DNA of 41,041 bases from a virus (Duplodnaviria; Caudoviricetes). Under the pieces are notes generated by a model that searched no databases, was not told where the DNA came from, and worked only from the letters and a program-made list of their open reading frames with translations. The stretch lies in the IMG/VR virus record IMGVR_UViG_3300034128_000004, positions 1 to 41,041 of that record, one strand, 5' to 3'. Shown here one piece after another: positions 1 to 9,238 of the stretch. Numbering within the stretch: the first letter of the stretch is position 1; the number at the start of each line of letters is the position of its first letter. The translations under genes were made by a program, and so were the position numbers.

Positions 1-25
1 CGCAAGCGGTGCCAAGAAAGCCGCG
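1..25. repeat. Terminal direct repeat (circular assembly overlap), copy 1
   Basis: cgcaagcggtgccaagaaagccgcg at 1-25 is identical to 41017-41041. Confidence 0.95.
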
Positions 26-1189
26 AAGGAAGCTAAAGGCGCGTTGGCGGCGTTTGATCAAATCAACGTATTACAGAAACCCAATGCACCCGAAACTCCC
101 GAGGGCGCAACAGCTACACCAGGACCGCTTACTATCTCGGATGACATTCTCAAAAAGGTGCAAACACTCAAAGATTTGTGGGCTGAATTCCTCAAAGATC
201 CATTGAAAGTATTGGCTGCCACACTGATTGTTGCAATTCAAGTGCTTCAGGAAAAATGGCGTGAGTTTGTCCAATGGGTACGTGACAACTTACCCTTTGG
301 TGATGTGATTGCAGATGTGCTTACGATCATAGGCGATATGATCAAACGGCTCGTTGTCAACTTCCTCGAAACATTCTTGAGCGTAAAAAAGAATATCCTG
401 TTAGTGTTCCAAGGTATAAAGGATTTTCTCACCGGCGTTTTCACGGGTGATTGGGCATTGGCGTGGGAAGGGTTGAAAGAAATTGTTACTGGTGTGTTCG
501 GCGTGATAGCATCCATTGTGATTGGTGCCATAAAAGGATGGTTGATTCTACTTGTCGGTTTGGTGGATACGATAAAAGTATTCTTGGAACCTTTCATTGT
601 CGCACTTGCGAAAAAGTGGGAAGAACTCACGGAGAAAATCAAGATTGTATGGGATGCACTTGTCACATGGTTCGTTGTTGATGTATTTGCACCGATTGCA
701 AACGGATTCCTTTCCGCACTCACCACGATCAAACAAGGATTTGAAACCACGTTCACGGGGATAAAGGATTTCGTCAAAGGAACGATCAACAGTATTATTG
801 ACTTCATCAACCGTATGATCGACGGCGTTGTGTCTGGAATCAACGCTGTAATCGGTGCGGCAAATGCCGTGGCCGGTCTTGCAGGATTACCGGAACTCAA
901 TTCCGTGACAGCTCCGAACATCCCCCGATTGGCTACAGGCGCAGTGATACCGCCAAACGCGGCATTCCTTGCTGTACTTGGGGATCAACGCAATGGGGCC
1001 AACATTGAAGCGCCTGAAGGATTGATACGGCAAATTATCCAAGAAGAAATCGGGCGCATTCAAGCTGATATTCGTATTGGCTTCGATGGCAATTTGGGCG
1101 CGTTGGTGCGAGAACTCAAACCGAGAATTGACCGTGAGAACGTGCGTATTGGTGGAAGTCTGATAAAGAGTGGAACAACAACATCATGA
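2..1189 (+). CDS. Tape measure protein, C-terminal part (continues from 40493 across the junction; about 570 aa total)
   Basis: In frame with the ORF starting at 40493 after circularisation; KGALAAFDQINVL motif, Trp-periodic amphipathic repeats, C-terminal IPRLATGAVIPPN. Confidence 0.88.
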   Translation, partial: ASGAKKAAKEAKGALAAFDQINVLQKPNAPETPEGATATPGPLTISDDILKKVQTLKDLWAEFLKDPLKVLAATLIVAIQVLQEKWREFVQWVRDNLPFGDVIADVLTIIGDMIKRLVVNFLETFLSVKKNILLVFQGIKDFLTGVFTGDWALAWEGLKEIVTGVFGVIASIVIGAIKGWLILLVGLVDTIKVFLEPFIVALAKKWEELTEKIKIVWDALVTWFVVDVFAPIANGFLSALTTIKQGFETTFTGIKDFVKGTINSIIDFINRMIDGVVSGINAVIGAANAVAGLAGLPELNSVTAPNIPRLATGAVIPPNAAFLAVLGDQRNGANIEAPEGLIRQIIQEEIGRIQADIRIGFDGNLGALVRELKPRIDRENVRIGGSLIKSGTTTS

Positions 1190-1563
1190 TTGTTATTGAC
1201 GGTGAAACCTTCCAAGTGCCGATACTGAGTATCAAACGTAAAGCCGATTTCCTTGACAAGTACGCGGAGCGCACAGAGGATGGTGTGCTGCATAGGGAAC
1301 TGATTGGAGTTTATTTCAATTATGAACTCGCATTCGGGCGCACCGCGGAGCTTTCCGAATACGCCTCACTCTGGGCAAAGCTCACCGAAGCCGAAGAATT
1401 CCACGAAGTAACCGTGCCTGACTTCGACGGCACAGGAGGACAATATACGTTTCAGGCATATTTCGCGGGTGTGTCAGATGAGCTTCGAAAGGAATCAGCA
1501 ACACAGACATTTTGGAAAAATCTTGTTGTTAACTTTATTGCTCAGAGTCCTGCAATCACATGA
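1186..1563 (+). CDS. Putative distal tail protein
   Basis: 125 aa, ATGA-coupled directly after TMP; RTEDGVLHRELIG motif typical of this position. Confidence 0.6.
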   Translation: MIVIDGETFQVPILSIKRKADFLDKYAERTEDGVLHRELIGVYFNYELAFGRTAELSEYASLWAKLTEAEEFHEVTVPDFDGTGGQYTFQAYFAGVSDELRKESATQTFWKNLVVNFIAQSPAIT

Positions 1564-3311
1564 GCACAAAACCTATTGTCATTCCGGTGCATCAGGAAGC
1601 GATAACGATAAAAGCGGATGCGTCTTTCGCGTTGACCGCGGGAACGTTGCAGGCATTTTCGGACCTTGATGACCTACTCTTGCCCGCGGCGGTTTCCAAT
1701 CCTTATGCAACGTATGAGCCTGATTTTTGGTTACTTGATGGCAGTATGAAGTTTATGCCTGCATCGCCTCATGTGGGATTAATGGGTAATGTTCAAACAG
1801 ACAGCAACGGCGAAGATACGGGCCTTATAACAATAACTATAACGTTTGGCTCAACTCACTCCACAAGCGGATTAACTTTATATTTTTCGGAACACACTAA
1901 CGATTTTGCGGATTTTATACGGGTGTATTTCTATGATGCGTCAAACGCCCTAATACGAACAGACAACTACACCCCAACAACTTATGTTTTTTCGACAAAT
2001 CAGGCAGTAAGTAATTTCAAAAAAATAATAATCGAATTCGTAGGAACAAACAAGCCGTATCGATATATTCGCCTCACCGGAATCGACCTCGACGCGCTCA
2101 CCGTGTTTCAGGGTGATTCGGTTCGCGCCGCGCGGATAGTGGAACAAATCAACCCACTGTCAACTGAGTTACCGATCAATGAATTGGACTTAACTTTATT
2201 TAGTGCCGATGGTGATTTCTCCATCGTTGACCCGCAAGGATTTTACGCCAACCTGCAATATAAAGAACCGTTGGACGTGTACGAAGATTTGAACGGTGAG
2301 ATTATTTACATCGGGCGGTTTTATGTGGAAACGTGGGAAAGCAAAAGCGAAAACGAAGCAACTTTTGAATGCGTTGACGCGTTGGGTGTGAAAGAAATTT
2401 CCGAAACGAATTACTACACCACTCAGGAAGGCGTATGGATCAATAAGGACTTCGAAGATATTGTTGCTGAAATATTGGACAGCACAAATTTTGAATATGA
2501 GATTGATGCAAGTTTACTTGGTATCGGTATCTATGGCTGGCTCCCGCTTATGTCGAAACGTGAAGCATTGCAACAGATTGCTTTTACCGTTGGCGCGTAT
2601 GTGACATGTGCAAGGTCCAACAAGATACAAATCAAACCGTTTGAGCTTGCATCTGATTTGGTTACGTTTGATCACACTTTCACCGGCGCGCAAAAGGGTA
2701 TATCATCCCCGGTTGCCATGCGGCCATTGGTAACGGGTGTGAGAATTTTGACAAGTCGCTATCAATATCTGGCGGTTGATAAGATTGTTTTCGATGGCTA
2801 CCTGCCGCTTGGAGCGCATGTCATCCACATGCCCGATGGTGTTATTCTTGAAGTGGGAACCCAAAGCGCCGGCGCGGGCGTGAAAACTGATTTCTTTCCG
2901 GGTGCAAATCATATACCCTTGACGGTGACAACCGCGGGCACGTTTGAATTTACAGCACAAACTTATTACGAACGTGTGACCTCTCCCGCGGCATTAAATA
3001 ATGGATCACTGCCCGCGGGCACTCCGACAAATGTGATTAATATCGATGATGCCACTCTCGTTACGAGTGGAATTACTACCAATCAATATGCAATTGTTGA
3101 TGATGTAATTCAGCGGGTATATGACTATTATCAGCAGAGGTACATTCAAAAGACAAAACTCTTTGCCTCCCTCGTGGCGGTTGGTGACAGTGTTTTGATT
3201 GCAACTCAATCAGGCAGGCAGATAGCAGGCATTGTTGAACGTATGGAAACGGATTTAGCTGGTGGGTTTGTGTCTGATTTGGAAATTGTTGGTATCGTGG
3301 TGCCACTATGA
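1560..3311 (+). CDS. Tail tip / baseplate hub protein
   Basis: 583 aa, beta-rich, second gene after TMP. Confidence 0.6.
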   Translation: MSTKPIVIPVHQEAITIKADASFALTAGTLQAFSDLDDLLLPAAVSNPYATYEPDFWLLDGSMKFMPASPHVGLMGNVQTDSNGEDTGLITITITFGSTHSTSGLTLYFSEHTNDFADFIRVYFYDASNALIRTDNYTPTTYVFSTNQAVSNFKKIIIEFVGTNKPYRYIRLTGIDLDALTVFQGDSVRAARIVEQINPLSTELPINELDLTLFSADGDFSIVDPQGFYANLQYKEPLDVYEDLNGEIIYIGRFYVETWESKSENEATFECVDALGVKEISETNYYTTQEGVWINKDFEDIVAEILDSTNFEYEIDASLLGIGIYGWLPLMSKREALQQIAFTVGAYVTCARSNKIQIKPFELASDLVTFDHTFTGAQKGISSPVAMRPLVTGVRILTSRYQYLAVDKIVFDGYLPLGAHVIHMPDGVILEVGTQSAGAGVKTDFFPGANHIPLTVTTAGTFEFTAQTYYERVTSPAALNNGSLPAGTPTNVINIDDATLVTSGITTNQYAIVDDVIQRVYDYYQQRYIQKTKLFASLVAVGDSVLIATQSGRQIAGIVERMETDLAGGFVSDLEIVGIVVPL

Positions 3312-3333
3312 TTTTTACTCAGTATGGTGCTGC

Positions 3334-3840
3334 ATGGCTTATGTGACCGCGGTGACAAACAGAACCGCCGCGTCGTTCTGGAATGTTGCCGATTGGGCCC
3401 GCGTCTATGGCAACTCTCAGTTAGTTAGTGCGTTAGCTGAGATTGAATTAGGATCACCGATTGCATTTACCTCACTCACCGCGCCAACGATCACGACAAT
3501 TCCCGCGGTTGCTGATTTCAATTTGTTTTTAGCAAACATCGAAAACATCCGTGTGGCGGTTGTTGGTGAATCCATCCCTGGCACATTGATTGCAATCAAG
3601 GATGATTGGGAAGCGGGACCTGACAAAACCTCCCTGTCGTATGGACATGCAAACCTTTGGGAATCTACCCTTGATGCAATTTGGAGTTATTACAACGGTG
3701 CATCTCTACCCGTATGCCCAATACTGAGTAGCGATCTAACAATCACCACAGGGAACACTTATATCGTTGTCGATTGCTTGGATGCCAACGGATTCAACAT
3801 CACCATTCAGGACGGCGCAACACTGGCAATTATTCCATAG
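3334..3840 (+). CDS. Putative tail-tip structural protein
   Basis: Start MAYVTAVTNRT chosen; position in the tail module. Confidence 0.5.
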   Translation: MAYVTAVTNRTAASFWNVADWARVYGNSQLVSALAEIELGSPIAFTSLTAPTITTIPAVADFNLFLANIENIRVAVVGESIPGTLIAIKDDWEAGPDKTSLSYGHANLWESTLDAIWSYYNGASLPVCPILSSDLTITTGNTYIVVDCLDANGFNITIQDGATLAIIP

Positions 3841-3848
3841 GAGCTTTT

Positions 3849-4490
3849 ATGACATCAAACTTTGTTTTCAATGGCGTGACATATACAAAACTTATACAGG
3901 TGGATGGATGGATTCCCGTTTCCGACTCTTGGACCTATGCAAGTGCAATAACAATAAATGTACCATCGGATGCAACTACGATCTATAAAAAAGGTTGGGG
4001 CATTCGCTGGAAACAAGGTGGCGCGTATAAGTATGGTGTGATTGGAGCGTTGACGGCTACCCTGCTGACCCTGATTTCCACATCTGATTACACTGTGGCG
4101 AATAGCGCAATCACTGATGTAGCTGTTGCCCCAAACCCAAGTAGTGCGCTCGGTTTTCCTGCTCAATTCGTTTTCGCAAAAACCTATACCGGATTCAGTA
4201 CTGACCCTGTGCAAACCGTGACATGGAGCACGATAGGAAACCGCATATTTTATGGTATTGCCACAGCATCAAACGGGACAAGCAATGCAACAGGATACAC
4301 AATGTCTCTGGCAATCGCGGTTCTTACTGCTGTTATTGGCTACGCCAATGTTCGCGACAACGGAACGGAAAAAGCTGGCACCGGGTACGCAACGGGAACC
4401 ACTCTCACCTATTACAACGGTGTGTTCGGAGTGGCATTTACAAACAGCGGCTCCAAGGGCGGTGCAATGCAATTGAATTATTTGTTCTAA
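3849..4490 (+). CDS. Putative tail fibre / receptor-binding protein
   Basis: AGGAG RBS before ATG 3849; Thr/Gly/Ser-rich beta protein; last gene of the tail operon. Confidence 0.5.
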   Translation: MTSNFVFNGVTYTKLIQVDGWIPVSDSWTYASAITINVPSDATTIYKKGWGIRWKQGGAYKYGVIGALTATLLTLISTSDYTVANSAITDVAVAPNPSSALGFPAQFVFAKTYTGFSTDPVQTVTWSTIGNRIFYGIATASNGTSNATGYTMSLAIAVLTAVIGYANVRDNGTEKAGTGYATGTTLTYYNGVFGVAFTNSGSKGGAMQLNYLF

Positions 4491-4500
4491 CTCCGACAAT

Positions 4501-5445
4501 TCACAACCGCCACATATCCACAGGACTTGCACGGGCATGGGCGGCGGCAATATCAGTTTTCACCAGGTCTAAATATCTCCGCGTCATATCTAACGTCTGA
4601 TGTCCCAATAATCTTTGCAGCGTGAACACATCCCCGCCATTGCGGAGATACGATATCGCGAAGGTGTGACGGAACTTGTGAGGATGTGCATGATGCACTT
4701 TGGCGTTTGCGCCTATCCGTCTAATGGCAAGGCGTATCGATGCTGCTTGTAATTCAAACAGTGATTGCGATTGGTCCGATGCTGCTTGTTGCTTTGCTGT
4801 ATATTTCCAAATCGCCTGGCGGGTACGAGCACCTAAGAACACTGTCCGCGCGGAGCTTTTCCTTCCGTCACGATACGGCCTGACATACACTTCCCCATTT
4901 TCGAGATTGACATCTCCGATCTTCAACCGTCGCAGCTCACCGAGTCTTATTCCGGTGTCAAGTAATATCAGGATAATTGCTTTGTCTCTGTCCGCGTTGG
5001 GACGTTTGATTTTATAAGTCCTCCCTGATTGCTTGACCACTTGTGTATATTGACTTGCATCTATAAGTCTCTTAACTTCATCCTGGCTAAATGGCACAAT
5101 TTGCGGTGACTGATATTTGGGCCGTGGCAAATCAAGGTCAGGGCGATTAATACTCAGTATTGTTGCCATGCAGTTATAAAATCCCCTTATCGTTTTCCAA
5201 TGGTTGTCAATTGTGGATAATGCCAACGGTGACTTATCACCGCTAAACCGCTTGGGTTTGTAATCGGTGCGAAGATGCACCATGTACCGTTTCCAATCTT
5301 CAGGAGTGAGGCTGTCAACTTCCGGATCATGAAAATACTTGCACATATATCCAAGTTGACTTTCCATCGTGGGGATATACGCGGGTGAATATAACCCTGA
5401 TTTCGCCTCAAGTACAAATCCTTCAATGGCTTTTGAAAGTTTCAT
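4501..5445 (-). CDS. int: Tyrosine recombinase (phage integrase)
   Basis: Catalytic motifs DTGIRLGEL, HPHKFRHTFA, LLGHQTLDMTRRY; adjacent attP; start could extend to 5490. Confidence 0.93.
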   Translation of the reverse strand: MKLSKAIEGFVLEAKSGLYSPAYIPTMESQLGYMCKYFHDPEVDSLTPEDWKRYMVHLRTDYKPKRFSGDKSPLALSTIDNHWKTIRGFYNCMATILSINRPDLDLPRPKYQSPQIVPFSQDEVKRLIDASQYTQVVKQSGRTYKIKRPNADRDKAIILILLDTGIRLGELRRLKIGDVNLENGEVYVRPYRDGRKSSARTVFLGARTRQAIWKYTAKQQAASDQSQSLFELQAASIRLAIRRIGANAKVHHAHPHKFRHTFAISYLRNGGDVFTLQRLLGHQTLDMTRRYLDLVKTDIAAAHARASPVDMWRL

Positions 5446-5530
5446 AGGATTGCGCGCACCTTTCCTGTAAAAAGATGCCAACCCTGACACGTTTCCTCAC
5501 CCCACGGGGATAGGTATAAAGGACACCTTG

Positions 5531-5571
5531 CGCCCCTGCACAGACTCGAACTGTGCTCTTCGGCTCCGGAG
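5531..5571 (-). other. attP core = 3' half of tRNA-Arg(CCG)
   Basis: Minus strand CTCCGGA (anticodon loop) GCCGA AGAG CACAG-TTCGAGT-CTGTG (T arm) CAGGGGC G; 5' half absent; next to integrase. Confidence 0.8.
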
Positions 5572-5684
5572 GTGCAGGGGTACGCACCTGCTGAGACTGA
5601 ATAGAAACCTATGCACTTAGAGATGGGACGAATGCCAGGGTTGCATTTTATATTTTGCAAGGACTAGTAACATGATACTGAGTA

Positions 5685-5846
5685 TCAGGGTGTGGGTATT
5701 GCCGTGAGAATTACATCTGGATTACCTATCACTGAGCCAGATAAAAGACATACAGCACCTATGCCAACCAATAAGCAAAAGAGACATAAACCAATTGCCA
5801 GAATGATTCCGGTTGTACCCGTGAAGAATTTTAGAAATGTGTCCAC
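5685..5846 (-). CDS. Small membrane protein (53 aa) in the lysogeny module
   Basis: GGGAGG RBS + GTG; MDTFLKFFTGTTGIILAIGLCLFCLLVGIGAVCLLSGSVIGNPDVILTAIPTP; below the ORF-track size cutoff. Confidence 0.6.
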   Translation of the reverse strand: MDTFLKFFTGTTGIILAIGLCLFCLLVGIGAVCLLSGSVIGNPDVILTAIPTP

Positions 5847-5857
5847 GATCTACCTCC

Positions 5858-6025
5858 CTATTTCACCCAATAATATATTTCGAGACAGTCCACACAGGGT
5901 TGAATAAAATCTTTGAAGTGTTTTTTCATCCGTCCTTTCAATCTTACCCACATAACAAATCGAATAATTTCTATCATGTCATCTGGATGCGCCTCGATGA
6001 TTGCCGCCTTGATTTGACTTATCAT
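5858..6025 (-). CDS. Hypothetical protein (55 aa)
   Basis: Purine-rich RBS, MISQIKAAIIEAHPDD...; overlaps the repressor 3' end. Confidence 0.4.
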   Translation of the reverse strand: MISQIKAAIIEAHPDDMIEIIRFVMWVRLKGRMKKHFKDFIQPCVDCLEIYYWVK

Positions 6026-6362
6026 TTTTCCCTTCCCTGAGTTTGTTCTTTACTTTGACAAATTCAAGTATTTCCCTTTGATCATCCTTTGGCAGTTTGG
6101 CTATTTCGTGCAATAAATCTTCGATCTCTTCATCAACTTTTAGTTTCGGGGGAAGCAGACCCGCGGCGCGGTAAATCTGCTCAGTTGGCATATCAAAAGC
6201 CTTTGCGATATTTTTGAGCGCGTCATCATCTGGCCGTTTTGATTTATCGCTTATGTAATAACTAATTGCCTGTCTTGTTAGCTTGGTTTTCCTCGCCAAC
6301 TCAGATTGAGACATCCCCCGCCCTTCCAATTCATTTAATAACCAGTTTGAAAACTTGCTCAT
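5979..6362 (-). CDS. XRE-family HTH repressor (CI-like)
   Basis: GMSQSELARKTKLTRQAISYY HTH; divergent from the early operon; no peptidase domain seen. Confidence 0.88.
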   Translation of the reverse strand: MSKFSNWLLNELEGRGMSQSELARKTKLTRQAISYYISDKSKRPDDDALKNIAKAFDMPTEQIYRAAGLLPPKLKVDEEIEDLLHEIAKLPKDDQREILEFVKVKNKLREGKNDKSNQGGNHRGASR

Positions 6363-6423
6363 AATCCTTCCTATTTTGTCATGAATCTGATAAGAACAAC
6401 CTTTACAACTTGTCGTAATACCC

Positions 6424-6452
6424 TTGACAAGACTAGTCTAGTCTAGTATAGT
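6424..6452 (+). promoter_or_regulatory. Rightward sigma70 promoter (early/lytic)
   Basis: TTGACA 6424-6429, 17-bp spacer, TATAGT 6447-6452. Confidence 0.75.
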
Positions 6453-6471
6453 TGGGGTTGTCGCAACTGAC

Positions 6472-6486
6472 TTGACAAATTGTCAA
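6472..6486. promoter_or_regulatory. Candidate operator palindrome
   Basis: TTGACAA-A-TTGTCAA; related ACAACTTGTC at 6405-6414. Confidence 0.5.
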
Positions 6487-6510
6487 AGATAACTATACGA
6501 AGGAAAACGA

Positions 6511-6756
6511 ATGGCAGACACAGAAAAGAACGTATGGGTAAACACCCTGATGGAAAAAGAGCTAGCGGACAAGCTGGATGAAATGGTGAAAGACAACGGA
6601 TCCACCCGCGCCGCATTTATTCGTCTGCTGATTGAACGGGAATACGCAGAACGGAAGCATCTGCAAGCGATAAAAAAAAACTACTCTCGAAAAATAACAG
6701 CGGTGAAGAAAAGCACAACCCCTAATTATCCTACAAAAGACCCCTCACCCACTTAA
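6511..6756 (+). CDS. Ribbon-helix-helix (CopG/Arc-like) DNA-binding protein in the cro position
   Basis: VWVNTLM strand + EKELADKLDEMV + STRAAFIRLLIE helices. Confidence 0.7.
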   Translation: MADTEKNVWVNTLMEKELADKLDEMVKDNGSTRAAFIRLLIEREYAERKHLQAIKKNYSRKITAVKKSTTPNYPTKDPSPT

Positions 6757-6848
6757 CAAAAACGGTAGCCCACTGGCGAAAGTGAGCTACCCGGAGCAAG
6801 GCAGGCAATTGACCTGCACACGAATTATAGCACACGGAGCAACGAAGA

Positions 6849-7061
6849 ATGAACCAAACCCAATCGAAACTTACAAATGACATTTGCCTACTCTCCAAAC
6901 ATGGCGTTTGCCTGATGGACATGGCGCAGGTTGTAGAAAAAGCAACCGAACTCGGCTTAACCCTTTTGGCCGAAACCGTCGCAACCGATCTGAGCGAAAA
7001 CAAAATCACAGACGGGGCATATTACCCGATCATTGCAAATCTTTATGGGGTGACATCATGA
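6849..7061 (+). CDS. Hypothetical protein
   Basis: GGAG RBS; stop overlaps the next start. Confidence 0.55.
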   Translation: MNQTQSKLTNDICLLSKHGVCLMDMAQVVEKATELGLTLLAETVATDLSENKITDGAYYPIIANLYGVTS

Positions 7062-7294
7062 ATCAGAAATCCACCATGTACGTTCTGGCAGAAAAGACAG
7101 CCGATCTACTTGCCGAAAAGAATACCAAGATTGAACAGCAAGCTGCACGGATTGCGGAACTTGAATCAATGCTAGAAACCAACAACGGACTCCTGAGCCA
7201 CTTGTTAGTCATGGTGAACGATCCGAACACCACAGCAATTATCAGCAGCCAATTGAGTAATAACAGTGCCGCGCTTTCCAAGGTGCAATCATGA
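7058..7294 (+). CDS. Hypothetical coiled-coil protein
   Basis: ATGA coupling at both ends; start MNQKST. Confidence 0.6.
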   Translation: MNQKSTMYVLAEKTADLLAEKNTKIEQQAARIAELESMLETNNGLLSHLLVMVNDPNTTAIISSQLSNNSAALSKVQS

Positions 7295-7458
7295 CAACCG
7301 CAACCCTCAGGACCGGATCAATCGAAACTCAGCTCAGGAACATCCGTAACCGGATTGCACTTCTCACCCTCCGCGGTATCAACCGTCAATTGACAGCAGC
7401 GGAATCACAGGAACTCAGGGAACTGCAAGGCAAGCTCATGCAGTTGGTGCAATCATGA
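7291..7458 (+). CDS. Hypothetical protein (55 aa)
   Basis: MTTATLRTGSIETQLRNIRNRI...; exactly fills the gap with ATGA overlaps. Confidence 0.6.
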   Translation: MTTATLRTGSIETQLRNIRNRIALLTLRGINRQLTAAESQELRELQGKLMQLVQS

Positions 7459-7640
7459 ACACTCCATTTGATACGCAGACAATCCGAATTGATTTGCAAA
7501 ATGATTTGCAACAGGCAGAGCAGGATTTCACACAGGCACCAACGATAAAGAAGCTGTCTCTCATCAATTGGATCACAAAGAAACTTGCATTTCTCAACTC
7601 ACCCGAATACCAGGAACGAAAACGGAAGGCACAATCATGA
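7455..7640 (+). CDS. Hypothetical protein
   Basis: 61 aa, ATGA-coupled. Confidence 0.6.
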   Translation: MNTPFDTQTIRIDLQNDLQQAEQDFTQAPTIKKLSLINWITKKLAFLNSPEYQERKRKAQS

Positions 7641-8095
7641 CTAAAAAATCTTGGCTCGAATTGGCAGTAAGTGACGATGATACAAACCCAAAACTTAATA
7701 AAGTACATGGATGTATCGCCGCCGATGGTTTCCGTGCTCACATCGAACACGCGAATGGTCCATGTGATTGCGGCAACGATAAGCTGCATAAAAACTTAGA
7801 CGGCCTTCTTGAAATGGTCAAGGATACGCCGTTCTCTTTCGTGGTCAATCGAAAATTCTTACTTGATGCTCTGAGCGGAATCAATCCCGATGGAACCGCC
7901 GTTATCTTTTACGTGAAGCCGGGCGGGACACATCCAATCATTATCCAAGACCCTGACGAAGAACAAACCGCGATCATCATGCCTATGTATGTTGCGGGAG
8001 TTGAAGCCGAACCGATGAAGCCGTTACCGCGGGTTGCACCGGAAGCGAAAAAGAAATCATCAAAACGCAAATCCACCACCAAGGTGCAATCGTGA
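7637..8095 (+). CDS. Truncated beta sliding clamp-like protein
   Basis: AADGFRAH and FVVNRKFLLDAL...PIII...AIIMPM resemble DnaN motifs; only 152 aa. Confidence 0.5.
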   Translation: MTKKSWLELAVSDDDTNPKLNKVHGCIAADGFRAHIEHANGPCDCGNDKLHKNLDGLLEMVKDTPFSFVVNRKFLLDALSGINPDGTAVIFYVKPGGTHPIIIQDPDEEQTAIIMPMYVAGVEAEPMKPLPRVAPEAKKKSSKRKSTTKVQS

Positions 8096-8376
8096 CCAAC
8101 ACTCTTGCATACACCGAAGTTACCAAACTTCCGAAGCTCACGCCCAATCTGCAAACGCTGCAACTCGCAGAAGCCTATTGGAAACGGACACACGCTGAAG
8201 CCGGATCACAGAAAGAGCAAGCATGGCGCGATTACAACGATGCGGTTGATAAGGGTTTACCGTACACGCTGATTTCTCAAATGTTTGGAACCGCAATACT
8301 TTTTGATGAGATCTGCAAAGATACGTTCCGCGAATGGGAACAGGCAAAGCGAAACCTATTGGACTTGTACAACTGA
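8092..8376 (+). CDS. Hypothetical protein
   Basis: 94 aa, GTGA-coupled. Confidence 0.6.
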   Translation: MTNTLAYTEVTKLPKLTPNLQTLQLAEAYWKRTHAEAGSQKEQAWRDYNDAVDKGLPYTLISQMFGTAILFDEICKDTFREWEQAKRNLLDLYN

Positions 8377-8474
8377 TACTCAGTATTGTTACTAGGAGGC
8401 ACTATCGGAATAAGCACAACCAACTTTCATTCACCAATTCAAACTATTCAAACCAAAACACCAGGAGAACCAAA

Positions 8475-9230
8475 ATGTTAGAACAGACTCAAGAAAAAGA
8501 ATTCGATCCCTTTGACCAAGCCTCCAATCCCCCCGAGCGCACCTTTGACCTTTTCGGAAAAGTGGAAATCACCGCTTGGGCGTGTGGTCTCGTGAAAGGT
8601 CAAGGCAAGGTGCCTTTCGATCCTGCACAGCACAAATCCCGCCTCACGGCTATTGATGTGTTCATTCAGCCTTTGCCCGAAATTGACATCAAGTATCCAA
8701 AATCCCTGGAAGATCACTGGATTGCGGAATTTACCGAATGGGCCAAGATCACGCTCCCTTCCATCAAGGCTTTGGGCGTTGATAACGTCCGCGAAATCAA
8801 CGGCAAGTTTGCCCGCGTGACGAAAGTGCCGAACGGGAAACAGTACGCCGCGAAGGATGTCTCAGGCAACCCCACGGGCGAAATGAAGAACGAACTCACG
8901 ATGAAGTTTGTTCAATTCTTTGCTGATGAAGAGTCCTGCCGTGCCGCATATCTCGCCGCTGGTGGTGCTCCCTCCAATGGCAACGGTCACAACGTACCCG
9001 CGGCAGTGGCACCGAGCAGTGATGAGCAGGGAAGAAAAACCGCCCTTCAGTTTCTTGAAATCATCGTCAAGAACACAGCATTGAAATCGGACAATTGGGA
9101 AGAGGTGAAAGCTCTTATCGCCGTGGCCGTTGCCCAATATCCCGATGTTATTGAAAAATATTACACGGCGGACTCCCCGGAAACCCACGACCTGATGACC
9201 AAATTCAACGCAAAGCTACTTCCCTTCTAG
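8475..9230 (+). CDS. Hypothetical protein, possibly ssDNA-binding
   Basis: AGGAG RBS; C-terminal LPF as in SSB tails; recombination module context. Confidence 0.5.
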   Translation: MLEQTQEKEFDPFDQASNPPERTFDLFGKVEITAWACGLVKGQGKVPFDPAQHKSRLTAIDVFIQPLPEIDIKYPKSLEDHWIAEFTEWAKITLPSIKALGVDNVREINGKFARVTKVPNGKQYAAKDVSGNPTGEMKNELTMKFVQFFADEESCRAAYLAAGGAPSNGNGHNVPAAVAPSSDEQGRKTALQFLEIIVKNTALKSDNWEEVKALIAVAVAQYPDVIEKYYTADSPETHDLMTKFNAKLLPF

Positions 9231-9238
9231 GCACCGCA

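Noticed and set aside
1-25. Biological terminal repeat of the virion DNA
   Set aside because: A 25-nt overlap in mid-gene is typical of assembler circularisation
247-921. Long minus-strand ORFs (also 35937-36701, 27842-28375, 40564-40935)
   Set aside because: Antisense shadows of well-supported plus-strand genes, with no motifs or RBS
3849-4490. Diversity-generating retroelement target
   Set aside because: No reverse transcriptase and no template/variable repeat pair seen
5531-5571. Functional tRNA gene
   Set aside because: D arm and 5' anticodon-stem strand are missing; better explained as the attP core
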